Counted from the stretch's first letter, positions 13,110 through 25,960 are shown. The stretch is DNA of 64,000 nt from Pristiophorus japonicus (GCF_044704955.1 NW_027252889.1:496001-560000), one strand, 5' to 3'. Numbers and translations are program-made. Notes: generated from the letters alone by a model not told the origin.

Positions 13110-14017
13110 GTCAGGGAAGGAGGGGATGGTGAAAAAGGTCGGGGGAGGGGGAGGGGAAGTGAACACGGTCGGGGGAGGGGATGGTGAAAAAGGTCGGGGG
13201 AGGGGGAGGGGGTGAACACTGTCAGGGGAGGGGGTGAACACGGTCGGGGGAGGGGGAGAACACGGTCGGGGGAGGGGAGGGGGTGAACACGGTCGGGGGA
13301 GGGGGAGCAGGTGAACACGGCCGGTGGAGGGGGTGAACACGTTCGGGGGAGGGGTGAACACGGTCGGGGGAGCGGTGAACACGGTCGGGAGAGGGGGAAG
13401 TGATGAACATGGTCGGAGGAGGGGGAGGGGTGAACACGGTCGGGGGAGGGGTGAACACGGTCGGGGGAGGGGGTGAACTCTGGAGGGGGAGGGGGAGGGG
13501 GTGAACCCTGGAGGGGGAGGGGGTGAACACGGTCGGGGGAGGGGATGAACAACGGGAGGGGGAGGGGGTGATCACGGTCGGGGGAGGGGGTGAACACGGT
13601 CGGGGAAGGGGGAGGGGATGAACATGGTCGGGGGAGAACACGGTCGGGGGAGGGGTTGGGGAAGGGGGTGAACACGGTCGGGGGAGGGGGAGTGGATGAA
13701 CACGGTCGGGGGAGGGGAAGGGGGTGAACACGGTCGGGGGAGGGGAAGGGGGTGAACACGATCGGGGGAGGGGGTGAACACGGTCGGGGGAGGGGGAGGG
13801 GTGAACACGGTCGGGGGAGGGGGTGAACACGGTTGGGGGAGGGGAAGGGGATGAACACTGTCGGGGGAGGGGAGAACACGGTCGGGGGAGGGGAGAACAC
13901 GGTCGGGGGAGGGGAGAACACGGTCGGGGGAGGGGGAGGGGAGGGGATGAACACGGTCGGGGGAGGGGGAGGGGAGAACACGGTCGGGGGAGGGGAGGGG
14001 ATGAACACTGTCGGGGG
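13110..14017. repeat. G-rich ~21-27-bp minisatellite
   Basis: Unit ggggtgaacacggtcgggggag with variable G/A tracts. Confidence 0.93.
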
Positions 14018-15170
14018 TCCTCCAGCCCTTCAACCCTCCGGGAACTCTGCACTCTAATTCTGGCCTCTTGTGCATCCCCCACTTCCTTCGCCCCACCATT
14101 CTGGTGGCCGTGCCTTCAGCTGTCTGGGCCCGAAGCTGTGGCATTCCCTCCCTAAACCTCTCCGTCTCTACTTCCTTTTGGTCACTCCTTAAACCCGACC
14201 TCTTCACCTGGCTTAATATCTGTTTATGTGGCTCGGTGTCAAATTGTGTCTGATACCGTTCCTGAGAAGCACCTTGTGAGGGTTTATTACGTTAAAGGCA
14301 CTATAAATACAAGTTGTTCTCATTGAATGGGTCGGGCTGCAGCCCACAATTGGATTTGTGCAGCCACAAACACACTCGGCAAACAGTGAGGGGGAGCCCG
14401 GCTTCTCCAAGTATTGGCGGACCGGATTAAACACACGGAGAACTGCAAAGCCCAAATTCTGGTTCGAAAACGAATGGAGTTGTGAGCATCGGTGAATAAA
14501 TGGGAGCAGTGGCAATACCAACAAATCAGTAAGTTAGTGGGACAGTGAGAACTGAACCAACTCCAGAGCCAGGGACACACGGAAATCAATTCCTGAAGCA
14601 GCAGGCACATCAGCAGATGAATGGATTAACAGCAACATTGGTGAATTGAGAGAGAATGGGCTAGCAACAAATCAATAAAGGAAGGGAGCAGCTGGCACTG
14701 GTGAACTAATATCCCTTCTTACCTTTGCTGCCACTGCTTCCTGCCCCCGAGGCTGTTAACCCACTTTCACTGGTTTCACCAGCGGTTTACGTTTCAAAGC
14801 ACTGTGACCCATCCTCGTGTATTTGCTGACTACAAGGCAAGTTCAAAACACTAAAGGTGGTTTCAGCTAAGAAAGAGGCTTTTACTTTGCTACGGCACTT
14901 AGACAGTTAATATATATTTGTATAATATAATCAGTTTATGGTCTTTCAAAAATTCCTGCTTAAAATTCACTGGTGGCTGAATTTTAATATAGATTGCTGT
15001 ATAGATAGAGACACATAAATAGGTGTATCCCACTCAATGATATTCACAAACACCCCATACAAGTAAAACACATTCAAAAATATTCCAATTTGTCTTTCTT
15101 GGATCCAAAATGGATGACCTCACACTTCCCTGTAATAAACCCCACCTGCCATAGTTTTGCCCACTCACTG

Positions 15171-15722
15171 AGTGGATATCTGAACGGAATATATGGAATT
15201 AAAGACAGTAAGGTAAACGGGATATATGTAACATAAAATAAGCCATGGATGAATAGCTGGGAGAATGTCAGATTGCAAATAGTGCAACATCAGCATAGCT
15301 AACAGTCTGTCTCAAGGTTTCAAGTCACTAATCCTGCCAATAACATCTAATTGTAACATGAAATACATCTGCAGAATTGCAAGGTCTCAGTTAATAGTCA
15401 CACCATTAGATTGAAACATTTAGAGGCAATGCTTGAGCTTTCAAGAAGAACATCTCATATAGATTGACTAATGAGTGGCTGAGTTAGACTGTCCATCCAT
15501 TTGTATTTTGTTATTTGATTTCAAAACTGTATAACTGTTGACGCTTTACGATGTAACTTCACCTATCCGTAGGGAGTGTGTACGCTCTATCCAGAGAGTA
15601 TATTTTCTGTCTGATAGGTCTTACTGGCCAGTAATAAAGACTGCTTTGTTCAAAGCACAAGAGATATTCGACTCAGTAATTTTACTGAACCAGATTGAGG
15701 GAAAAGAATCCAGAAATTTACA
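15171..15722 (+). repeat. ERV 5' LTR
   Basis: ~12 mismatches to the 3' LTR (manual count); AATAAA in R; ends CA; begins AG instead of TG. Confidence 0.95.
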
Positions 15723-15724
15723 TT

Positions 15725-15742
15725 TGGTGTCAGAAGTGGGAT
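15725..15742 (+). promoter_or_regulatory. primer-binding site, tRNA-Leu (CAA-type)
   Basis: tggtgtcagaagtgggat, complementary to the tRNA-Leu 3' end, 2 nt after the LTR. Confidence 0.85.
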
Positions 15743-17350
15743 CTCAACGGACGACTGCCGAAAACTTGCGAATTAAGAGCCAGACTAGCCTTGGACGAGA
15801 CGAGGGGAAAGTGGCCACTGGAGTGAGTATGATTTCAATACTGCTCCAGTTTCCCCCGGTTTCAAAAGTCCGAGGAAAGTTTAGCCACTCGCTGGTTCTC
15901 AGGTAGTGTCTGAACGAGATCCAGGACAATCTGGTGAATACCTTTCAAACTTAGAATAGGGATAGAGATAGGGAAATTGCGCGGTGACGCAAACCAAGCG
16001 GCGACTTGGAAAGATAGGTTATAGTTAGAGCTAGATAGGGATGGATGATCAATCATGGATCCAAAAATTAATAGGAAAGAAAAGAGACTCTTGTGAATGT
16101 CTGTTTAAATGAGAAATGCTTCTGTGATTTTTACTGTAGAAAAAAAGCCGGGGAGTTGTGGTTTGTTTTATCTCAAACAGAATGAAAGTTTGTTTTAACC
16201 CTTCGTAGTGTTGTCCTGTATGTGGGAAGTTTAAGAGTGTGAACCTTATTGAATTACGTATATTCGGATGATAAGTTACGGAGCCAGGAAATGCCCAAAG
16301 GATAGGTTTGTTGAAAAAAAAAAGAAAAAATTACATGGTCCCGGTGGTTAAAAAAAAAGAAAAACTTGTTGAAAGAAAACATTCAGAGAAGGCACAGCAA
16401 AACAACTGAGATGGATTCAAAAGGATTTTTAAAAAAAATTATATTAAATAACACGACCTTGAGGCTGGAACAATTGAGATAACGAAAAGCAGTCCACAGC
16501 CTACGTGCCAGACTTCTCTCTAGTTATAAAAACAAAGTTACGTACTAAATAGGTGCTGAAAGAAAAAAATGTTCTGAGATTTTAAATTATGAAAAAAATT
16601 CCACTGCAGTAAAATAAATCACTCCTGTCCAGTTGGCAGAAAAACTCCATTAAATTAGGGCTTTCATTGACTGACTGAATTTAAACTGCGCAGTAACGCG
16701 AAAGGATAGGGAAATTTGGAAACTGAAAGAAATTAATTGAGGCTCATAAGAGATCAAAATTAGAAAATTAGGCTCACAGGGAATAAAATGGGGATTTAAA
16801 TAGAGGATAGGTGTTCAACTCAGGTACGACGTCGACCTTGTATATCACTTGGCCCGTCTAGGCTCTGATTGAATTTTAAAAAAAAAACCCCGCAGCAACT
16901 CGGAAGGTAGGGCCGACGCGAGACGCGCAGCGGCGCAGACGCACAAACAACGCGAGACGCACAGCAGCGCGAGCGTGCGGCCGAGAGGAGAAGGGCCGAA
17001 GCGAACGCGCAGGAAAACGAACGCGCAGTGACGTAGACGCGCAGTACGTAAACGCGCAGTGACGCAGAGGCGCAGCAACGCGAATCGCGAAAGTCAGTGC
17101 TAATGTCAGTAAGTCTTTGTAAGTCTTAAGTGTTTAGAGTTTTAAGTAAAGTTTTAAGTATCCTAAATCGCGCGACGACGCGAACCGCGCGGCGACGCGG
17201 GTAAGTGTTAGCATTAGTAAAGTTTGGTTATTTGGAGTTAGTTAAAGTCAGTGTTAGTTTCTGTAAAGTCTGTGTCTATTTTTAAGTTTGTTTAAATTGC
17301 ACGACGACACGAACGCGTAACGACACAGTAATACGAGGAGCAGCGTGAAA

Positions 17351-18770
17351 ATGGGTAATCAGTTAGATAAAACTACGGATGCGGATAGTCCGCTACAAAA
17401 GTTATGTGAGGAATTCCCTGAAAGAGCTGAAGACTTTAGAAAATTATCAGGAGCCCTGAATAAATTATTAGGGGATGACCAGTGGCCTCTAGGTGACACT
17501 AGAAGCATAGAGGTAGCAAAAAAAAAGCACAGGGATTAATTTGGAGAAGGGGACGAGGAAAAGGGGATAAAAATTTAATTGCAACCTGGCGACATTATTG
17601 TCAGAAATTAAAAGATGCATCACTTCTGTCAAGTTGGCAAACAAATGCTATTAAATTAGGACTTTCATTGACAGAGGGAACACATGTTAAAACTGTAGAC
17701 GTCTTAAAGAAAGAATGTGCGCACGAGAAACTTGCTAAGAGATCCTCTGGGACCTCTGAGAAAGGTATTGATCAACTACGAGTTAAAATGGCTGGCATTG
17801 TGTTAACCGAGGCTGATGATGAAATTGATGAGTGGCCACTGACTCAGCGCCCAACGGCGCCTCCCGCACCCCCTGGCCTCTTGCTCCAGTCCTCTTCCCA
17901 ACACCCTCCACCTTACACTCCGGCGAGAGGAGTTAGGAACAACCCCATACCACCAAAGCAACAAACCCAAACTGACTCCTCATCCTCTGATAGCGATTCG
18001 GATCCCCAGTTTACAAGCAATATAGCCGAAAGGACCAGATCTCACACTCGAAAGGGCAGACTATATCTCGACATCACAAACAGTCCCGTAAATCTTCTAG
18101 TCAATCTATCAGTCCAAGTTGTGAAAGACATAGCAAACACCCCGCCGATCGAGACGCAGAACTGTCAAGCAGTCAGACAGCTCCGAAACATCCTCCGACC
18201 TAGAAATGATTTCCAAGATCCCAAAGTCCCAACACCAATTCCCTGTCAGACCAATGCCAAACCCTGATGCACAACAAGCTGCAGACCACCTCTCTATAGA
18301 TGTCTGTGATCTTCAAACAACTATTTGATTGCTCACGCTATCCGGACAGATGGAGAGGACAGTTAGATATTATTGGCAGGAAAAGAAAGGGGAGGGGGGA
18401 GGTGCGCCCCCAACCCGGGTCAAGACTGAATACGTGACTAGAAAGGAAGAGCCATCTCGGGAGGAAGGATCAATAGAACCGTAGTGTTGCATTGGATGGA
18501 TAAGCAAGGATACGGTTATACTAAACAACCAAACGGCCCGAGCCCTGCTAATAAACCTCCCTATTGTCCCCGGCATGGTATGGGAAGAGGCCGGGACTGG
18601 GTAAGAGGAATTGACTGTTTTAATTGTGGGCAGGAAGGACATTGGAATAAAAATTGCCCCTACCGTCAGCATGGAAAAGGAAGAGGAGGGGGGCAAGGGG
18701 GGAGAGGAGGATCTTACACTAACTTCTCCCAGAAACAACCCCTTTGGTCAATTGTCCCCCAATTGACTAA
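17351..18770 (+). pseudogene. gag: ERV gag remnant
   Basis: MGNQ myristoylation-type start, PTAP and PPPY late domains, CFNCGQEGHWNKNC CCHC knuckle; frameshifts; most of capsid apparently missing. Confidence 0.85.
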
Positions 18771-18775
18771 GCAGC

Positions 18776-21184
18776 TTGATTGTGCAGGGATCCTCCCCGG
18801 ACGACGAACCCATTCTGAATGAGTGGCAACCCTTTTTGATAGATACGGGAGCCTTCATGTCTTCTGTACAATCAAAGCTTAAACTCCCTGCCTCTACTGA
18901 AACACAGGAACTTTCAGGATTCCTGGGACAAATCTCGACATTCCCAGTGTCAGAACCGGTTAAAATGGGTTACCAGGAAGAATCGGTGGAACATCGAGTT
19001 GTTATCACAACCAATCTGGACTGTAACTTGATGGCTAGAGACCTCCTTTGCAAATTCCAGTTGCATTTGGAGTATGGAGATAATGGGATTATTGTAAAAC
19101 AGGAAACCCTTAAGCGGCAGTATTATACCACTAGAACCCCTCAGTGGTGGTCTCTGGACCTGCCGCAGGCACCCTATCACGTGACCCTAGCATACGATCC
19201 CAGTGGAAAGAATCAGGACCTGCAGAACTTTTATCAGGATCACGAAGAGGAAGTGAAGGGAATTCTATTAAGGGCTAGAGTGACTGGACTGGAAAGAGAG
19301 GCAGATTTTGTGGAAGTGGATAAGAATCTGTGGAAACAACCCCTAACAATGGCACCGCATATTGCTCGTGAAGTATTAGCCCCTCATCATGCTAAAGATT
19401 TGGGAGTTATGGTACGCAAGGCCATAGATGAGGCTGACCCTACCAGCCGGGATGTGCAAATCGTAAAACATGGCCGAACAGTCCAATTTCATGGAGACCC
19501 CGAGAAGATCTTAACGACTCTACAGCATCATACTGGCTCGGACATACCTGACTATGTGGATCCTCATGTGTGGGCAGAGGACCCCTCCCAAGTGGGTTAT
19601 ACTCCCATTAATTGAGATCCCAGTGCAGGGCAATGTGGACTGGCCCTCTATCCGACAGAACCCACTGAAATCACAGGCAATCCTAAACTGACCTTTCGGC
19701 ACGATACTGCAATTAATCCGGCCTGTTTTCTTACTGAGCCACCCCAAGATGAGGAAGAACCCAGTCATGATTGCTTATCTTTAATTTAAGAGGCCACATC
19801 AGTCAGGGAAGATTTAGTTGATGGAAGATCCAGACTGTATTCTTACTGAGCCACCCCAAGATGAGGAAGAACCCAGTCATGATTGTTTATGTATGTTGAC
19901 GGAAGTACTTCTATTAATCCAGAAGATACACGAATCTCAGGATACGCCATAGTAAACCAGGAGAATCAGGTCTTGGAATCTGCCGCTTTGAAACCGCCTA
20001 TTCTGCTCAACAAGCTGAACTATTCGCCCTCACCCGAGCCTGTATCTTGGCCAAAGATCTCAAAGTCAATATCTATACCGACTCTAGGTATGCCTTTGGG
20101 GTGGCCCATGATTTCGGACAATTATGGAAAAATAGGGGATTCCTAACCTCACAGGGGAATGAGATATCTCATAAACAGTTAGTATCTGATTTGTTGCAAG
20201 CCCTCATGTTCCCCAAACGCATTGCCATTGTCAAATGTACTGCCCATACTACCGGAAATTCTCTGGTTGATATAGGGAATCATTGTCCTGACCAAGAGGC
20301 CAAACAGGCCTCTCGTGACCAACAGATGGTAGTGCCCAAAATTATGAGTTAGACTAAAAATCCTGCGAAGGATAAGTTAGCCTCGGACAAACCAATGCTA
20401 ACCATCCAAGATGTTATAAAAGCACAGGAGGACGCTCCTGAAAAAGATAAACTGTTGTGGAAATATTATGCATGTACTTATGACAATGTTTCTAAACTCT
20501 GGACCACTCCCGCGGAACAGACTTGCATGTCTGACGAGTTGGCTCTATGGGTTATAGAATGTCTGCATTTTGCTACTCATTGTGGAGCAAGGGCAACAAG
20601 TGATACGCTTTTGGCCACTTGGTGGCACCCTAGACTCCAGGCGTTGGCCCAGAACATCAGTAGTCGTTGCCTTGTTGGCCAGCAACATAATCCAGGGAAG
20701 GGAGTCCCCTGTGATTGGGGTAAAATGCCCCTACCCGAAGGTCCCTTTGAGACATTTCAGTTGGACTACATTGAGTTGCAAAAAGTTCAGTGTTACAAAT
20801 ATGTGTTAGTAATAGTAGATGTGTTTAGCAGATGGATTGAAGCCTACCCTAACCTGGACAATAAGACTCAAACTGTTGTTAAGGTGTTAATGAGGGAAAT
20901 TGTTCCTAGATATGAGATCTCAGCTAGACTGATGACCACCTATGTTCTTTCTCTGACTCAGGCTCTGCGACTAGTTCACAACCAGGTTCAAGATGCTCAC
21001 CTCGACCTCCCAGTTTTACCCGAATTGTCCCTCGTGGCACCAGGGAAGTATGGATTCGGAAGGGATTAGAGCCACAATGGGAGGGGCCTTTTTTTAGGTG
21101 TCATTCACTACCCCCACTGCAGCCAAGGTTGAGGGGAAAAGTGCCTGGGTTCACCTGCACCACTGCAAGCTCATCACCATTTAA
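18776..21184 (+). pseudogene. pol: ERV pro-pol remnant (protease, candidate 2H domain, RNase H, integrase; RT core deleted)
   Basis: FLIDTGA; YHVTL...PHIA; MYVDGS and VNIYTDSRYAFG; H-x3-H...C integrase zinc finger, LDYIEL, VDVFSRWIEAYP; no YxDD. Confidence 0.9.
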
Positions 21185-21379
21185 ACAAATTTTGCTGGTT
21201 AGTCTAATTCCTGTTTCTGTTCCAGATCTCCTCTTCCCCATAGCTGAACAAGGCAGTTGAAGGAGGATCAGTTTGAACTTTTACCTGTAAGACAGCCAAA
21301 TACACTGACGGAGACCTGAAGAAGGGAAACGGGAAAACAGAACTCTTTTTATCAGCTAAATAATTGGACTATTTATAAG

Positions 21380-22109
21380 ATGAAACTGTGTCTGTATGCC
21401 ACTGTCTGCATAATAGTGTTGATATATGACAGTTTTGGCGCACGGGAAGGAAGACAAAGGCGAGAGCTCCATGTAAACACCTTTTTGTATATATCTTACG
21501 TTTATGCGGAAAAAGGGCACTTCACTCGATGCTGGGTTTGTTCACATATCCCTATACATTCCAAAGGGGGAATTCCTTTGCGCACCGTTCCACTGACCCT
21601 AACTGAGACTGTTAGATGGATTCAAAGAAACGATATTGGAACAGGTAGCTAACCGCACTGCTGAGACTCTGGAGGGCATCACAGCTGAAATGGTAGCGAT
21701 AAGGACCGTAGCATTACAAAACCGAATGGCCCTCGATTACCTGTTAGCTGAGAAAGGGGGAACGTGTGCCCTGATAGGATCTGAATGTTGCACTTACATT
21801 CCTGATAGTTCAGAAAACATAACCCACCTTGCCGATCACATAAGGAGGGAGGTGAAGAAGTTATCCACACCAGCAAAAGAACTTAGCAGGTTTGATTGGT
21901 TTCTGGGTGGATCTTGGAGATCCTATCTAATACATGGGGCAATTGTTCTCATCGTAATAATAATTACCTGCTGTTTGATTGTTGGTTGCCTTAACCTCTG
22001 CTGTAAAGTAATGATGACAAGGTTAGCAGACCCTCTTGTGGTCAAGGGTTCCCGGGTTATGATCCAACAAACGAGAGAACTACTCAACAATGCAATACTC
22101 CTAGAATGA
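21380..22109 (+). pseudogene. env: ERV env remnant (gamma-type; most of SU and the fusion peptide deleted)
   Basis: Signal peptide, CWVC, ISD LQNRMALDYLLAEKGGT, CX6CC, hydrophobic TM; frameshift at the deletion junction ~21636-21650. Confidence 0.92.
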
Positions 22110-22144
22110 TCCTAAATGTTATCATAGAATGATAAAAGGGGGTA

Positions 22145-22696
22145 TGTGGATATCTGAACGGAATATATGGAATTAAGGACAGTAAGGTAAACGGGATATA
22201 TGTAACATAAAATAAGCCATGGATGAATAGCTGGGAGAATGTCAGATTGCAAATAGTGCAACATCAGCATAGCTAACAGTCTGTCTCAAGGTTTCAAGTC
22301 ACTAATCCTGCCAATAACATCTAATTGTAACATGAAATACATCTGCAGAATTGCAAGGTCTCAGTTAATAGTCACACCATTAGATTGAAACATTTAGAGG
22401 CAATGCTTGAGCTTTCAAGAAGAACATCTCATATAGATTGACAAATGAGTGGCTGAGTTAGACTGTCAATCCATTTGTATTTTGTTATCTGATTTCAAAA
22501 CTGTATAACTGTTAACGCTTTACGATGTAACTTCACCTATCCGTAGGGAGTGTGTACGCTCTATCCAGAGAGTATATCTTCTGTCTGATAGGTCTTACTG
22601 GCCGGTAATAAAGACTGCTTTGTTCAAAGCACAAGAGGTATTCGACTCAGTAATTTTACTGAACCAGATTGAGGTAAAAGAATCCGGGAATTTACA
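22145..22696 (+). repeat. ERV 3' LTR
   Basis: TG...CA after the polypurine tract; followed by TSD actg. Confidence 0.95.
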
Positions 22697-23223
22697 ACTG
22701 AGTCTGTCTATGTACCTTTGTAACTTCCTGTTCCCATCTGCACAACTTCCTGTGTCTCCTAACTCAGTGCCATCTTGGATGTGTAACTCTGTCCCTCCAT
22801 CCAAATCACTAATAAATATGGTGAAGAGCTGAGGCCCCAGTCCCGATCCCTGGGAAACACCACTTGTCACATCCTGCTAATCAGAGTACTTGTCACTGTC
22901 TCCTATCTCTCAACCAATGACCAACACATGTCACTGAGTCCCCTTCAATTCCATGTCTTCTCATGTTTCATAATCTGTCAGGAACCTGATCTTTCTGGAA
23001 GTTCATGCAGACCATATCCATAGACACTCCCCTATCCACCATGTGAGTGAGCTCCTAAACACATTCAGCTCGATGAACCAGACATGACCTAGTCTTCACA
23101 ATCCGTGCTGGCTCTCTTTGATCAGCTCAGACTTGTCCACGTGCTCGGTCACTCTGTCCCTGGTGATCTATTCCAGCAACTTCCCCACAACTGACATTAA
23201 ACTGACAGGTCAGTAGTTACTTG

Positions 23224-24982
23224 GGGGCCAAGTTTTGGCCTGAGTTGCTCCTGTTTTTTTGGAGCAACTGGTTTAGAATAGAGTATCTTAGAAATTGCAA
23301 TTCTCGGCATTTAGTTTGCTCCAGTTCTAGTCAGTTGGAACAGTTTCAGTTTGGAACAGATTTTTATTTTCAAAAGGGTGTGTGTCCGGCCACTTACGCC
23401 CGTTTTGAAAGTTTAGGCAGTGAAAACATACTCCAAACTAACTTAGAATGGAGTAAGTGTAGATTTTTGTACGCTCAGAAAAACCTTGTCGACACTTAGA
23501 AAATCAGGCGTAGGTTACAAATCAGGCGTAGGGAATGGCAGGGGTTTAAAGGGAAGTTTACAAACATTAAACACTTCAGTTTTACAAATAAAGAGCCATC
23601 ATCAATGATAAATGATAAATACATCAATAAATCAACCAATAAATCAATCATTTTTTTTTTAAATTAAAAAATCAATAAATAAAACATTTTCTACTTACCG
23701 ACTGCAGCACCGGGAGTCCTCTAACAGCGTGCTGGGACTCCCCCCGCCCCAGTGTGTCTCTATCTCTCTGTCTGTGTGTCTCTCACTCTCTGTCTGTCAG
23801 TGTCTGTGTTTCTGACAGTGAGGGTGGGGGGGGGGAAGAGGGGGAGGAGGGGGATGGGGAGGAGGAGGGGGCGAGAGGGGGGCGGCAGGGAGAAGGGAGG
23901 GGAGGGGGTGAGAGGGTGAGAGGGGGGAGAGGGTGAGAGGGAGGAGAGGGGAGGGGGGAGGAGAGCAGAGGGAGGAGAGGGGAGGGGAGGGAGGAGAGAG
24001 GAGGGGAGTGGAGAGAAGGGAGGGAGAGAAGGGNNNNNNNNNNNNNNNNNNNNNNNNNNNNNNNNNNNNNNNNNNNNNNNNNNNNNNNNNNNNNNNNNNN
24101 NNNNNNNNNNNNNNNNNNNNNNNNNNNNNNNNNNNNNNNNNNNNNNNNNNNNNNNNNNNNNNNNNNNNNNNNNNNNNNNNNNNNNNNNNNNNNNNNNNNN
24201 NNNNNNNGAGCGGGAGGGAGGGAAGGGAGAAAGGAGAGAAAAGGAGAGGGAGGCTGAACAGGGAGGCTGAATGGGCCGGGCCCAAGACTTCGGGCTGGGC
24301 CTGCTTTTAGCACCGGGTTTACAGGTAGGTGCCGTCGGGTGCAGGGTCCATGGACCGGGATCCGGTGGGGGTCGGGATTGTGGGTCGGGGGGGGGGGAAT
24401 GGGTGCGGAGGTCGGGGGGGGGGGGGGGGAGGTGAGAGTCAGTGGGTGGGGGGGGGGGTCGGGTCGGGTCCGGGGGGTGGGGGAAGCGGGAGTTGAGTCG
24501 GGGGTGGGGAGGTGAGGATCGGGGGGTGGGGAGGTGAGAGTCAGGGGGTGGGGGGGGGTCGGGTCGGGTCCGGGGGGTGGGGGAGCGGGAGTTGAGTCGG
24601 GGGGGGGGGAGGTGAGGGTCGGGGGGTGGGGGGGGTTGGGTCGGGTCGGGAGGAAGCAAGATCTGGGCGTGGGAGGTGCAGCCTTATCCACGCAGCCCCA
24701 GTGAGGCTATTCGGCCAGGGCTCGGGGCTGTGTGCTTCAGGCCCCTCCCACACAGTTTTGGGCACCTGGAGCTACTGCACATGCGCGCCCACTGTAGTGC
24801 GCATGTGCAGAGGTCCCGGCACTGTTTTCAGCGCAGGCACCTGGCTCCGCCCCCCACAGCTCGTGATGCGCCGCGACCAGAGGACCTGCTGAGAGCCGGA
24901 GAATAGGTACGTTTTTTTTAAGGCACACTTTGTGGCGCGAAAAACGGGCGTCCAGTCGGGGCGTGGCCCGAAACTTGGGCCC
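23224..24982. mobile_element. non-autonomous PIF/Harbinger-type DNA transposon (contains an N-gap)
   Basis: TIRs ggggccaagttt / aaacttgggccc; 3-bp TSD ttg at 23221-23223 and 24983-24985. Confidence 0.75.
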
Positions 24983-25349
24983 TTGCATTCTGCCTCCCCC
25001 TTCTTAAAATATGGAGCACCATTTGCAATTTTCCAGACCAAGGACATAATTCCTGATTCTAGAGAACTCTGGAAAACAATGACAAACACATCTACAATTT
25101 CCTCACTGGTTTCTTTTAATATCCGGGGTGGTAACCAGCAGGTCCTGGAGATCTGTCTCTCTTCAGTCACAATATTTACACAGTGACATTTTTTACATGC
25201 ATTAACTCCAGTAAGTTCTTCTAAATGGATGCAAAGTTTCCATTGCCCAAGTCTGCCGTGCCCTTATTATCTATTATAGTCTCGCCTGTATCTGTCTTTA
25301 TTGGGCCCACATTCCCCTTCAGCTGCTCCCTTTCTCCAAATAAACTGAA

Positions 25350-25960
25350 ACACCCATCAGTGCCTTTGTCACCTCGAGACTTGACTATTCCAACACACTC
25401 CTAGCCGGCCTCCACATTCAACCCTACGTAAACTAGAGGTGATCCAAAACTCAGCTGTCCGTGTCCGAACTCGCACCAAGTCCCACTCACCCATCACCCC
25501 TGAGCTCGCTGACCGACATTAGCTTCCAGTTAAGCAATGCCTCGATTTCAAAATTCTCATCCTTGTTTTCAAATCCCTCCATGGCCTTGCCCCTCCCTAT
25601 CTCTGTAATCTCCTCCAGCCCCACAACCCCCGCCCCCCCCCCGCCCGCCCGAGATATCTGCGCTCCTCTAATTCTGCCCTCTTGCCCATCCCTGATTATA
25701 ATCGCTCCACCATTGGTGGCCGTGCCTTCTGTTGCCTGGGCCCCAAGCTCTAGAACTCCCTGCCTTAAACCTCTCTACCTCTCTTTCCTCCTTCAAGACA
25801 ATCCTTAAAACATACCTCTTTGACCAAGCTTTTGATCACCTGCACTAATTTCTGCTTATGCAGCTTGGTGTCAAATTTTATCTCTCATAATACTCCTGTG
25901 AAGCCCCTTGGGAAGTTTCACTAGATTAAAGGTGCTATATAAATACCAGTTGTTGTTGTT
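25350..25960 (+). mobile_element. L2 3' end / L2-tailed SINE
   Basis: Matches 36170-36680, 29255-29885, 42610-42925 and 63650-64000; ends gttgttgttg. Confidence 0.8.

Larger units (their letters stand above)
15171..22696 (+). mobile_element. Endogenous retrovirus (gamma/epsilon-type), internally deleted, two LTRs
   Basis: 552-bp LTRs at 15171-15722 and 22145-22696; TSD actg; PBS; polypurine tract aaaagggggt; gag-pro-pol-env remnants. Confidence 0.96.
15060..25330 (-). mobile_element. old CR1 RT fragment split by the ERV and the Harbinger-type element
   Basis: Pieces ~15060-15170, 22697-23223 and 24983-25330 read on as CR1 ORF2 (TSGVSQGSGLGPQLFTIFISDL; PRILKETSEEI). Confidence 0.75.

Noticed and set aside
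13110-14017. G-rich array as an Ig switch-like region
   Set aside because: Lies in the leader-V intron, is not AGCT-rich, and no constant exons are nearby
12110-14207. Long Pro-rich ORFs (also 9775-10525, 23754-24765, 60259-61370)
   Set aside because: Low-complexity repeats and N-gaps, not genes
14640-14820. Minus-strand donor AAG|GTAAG near 14722 as an extra gene A exon
   Set aside because: The upstream ATG frame hits a stop; no leader-like peptide or convincing acceptor
21380-22109. Domesticated syncytin-like env
   Set aside because: Frameshifted, lacks most of SU and the fusion peptide, and sits in an ordinary defective provirus
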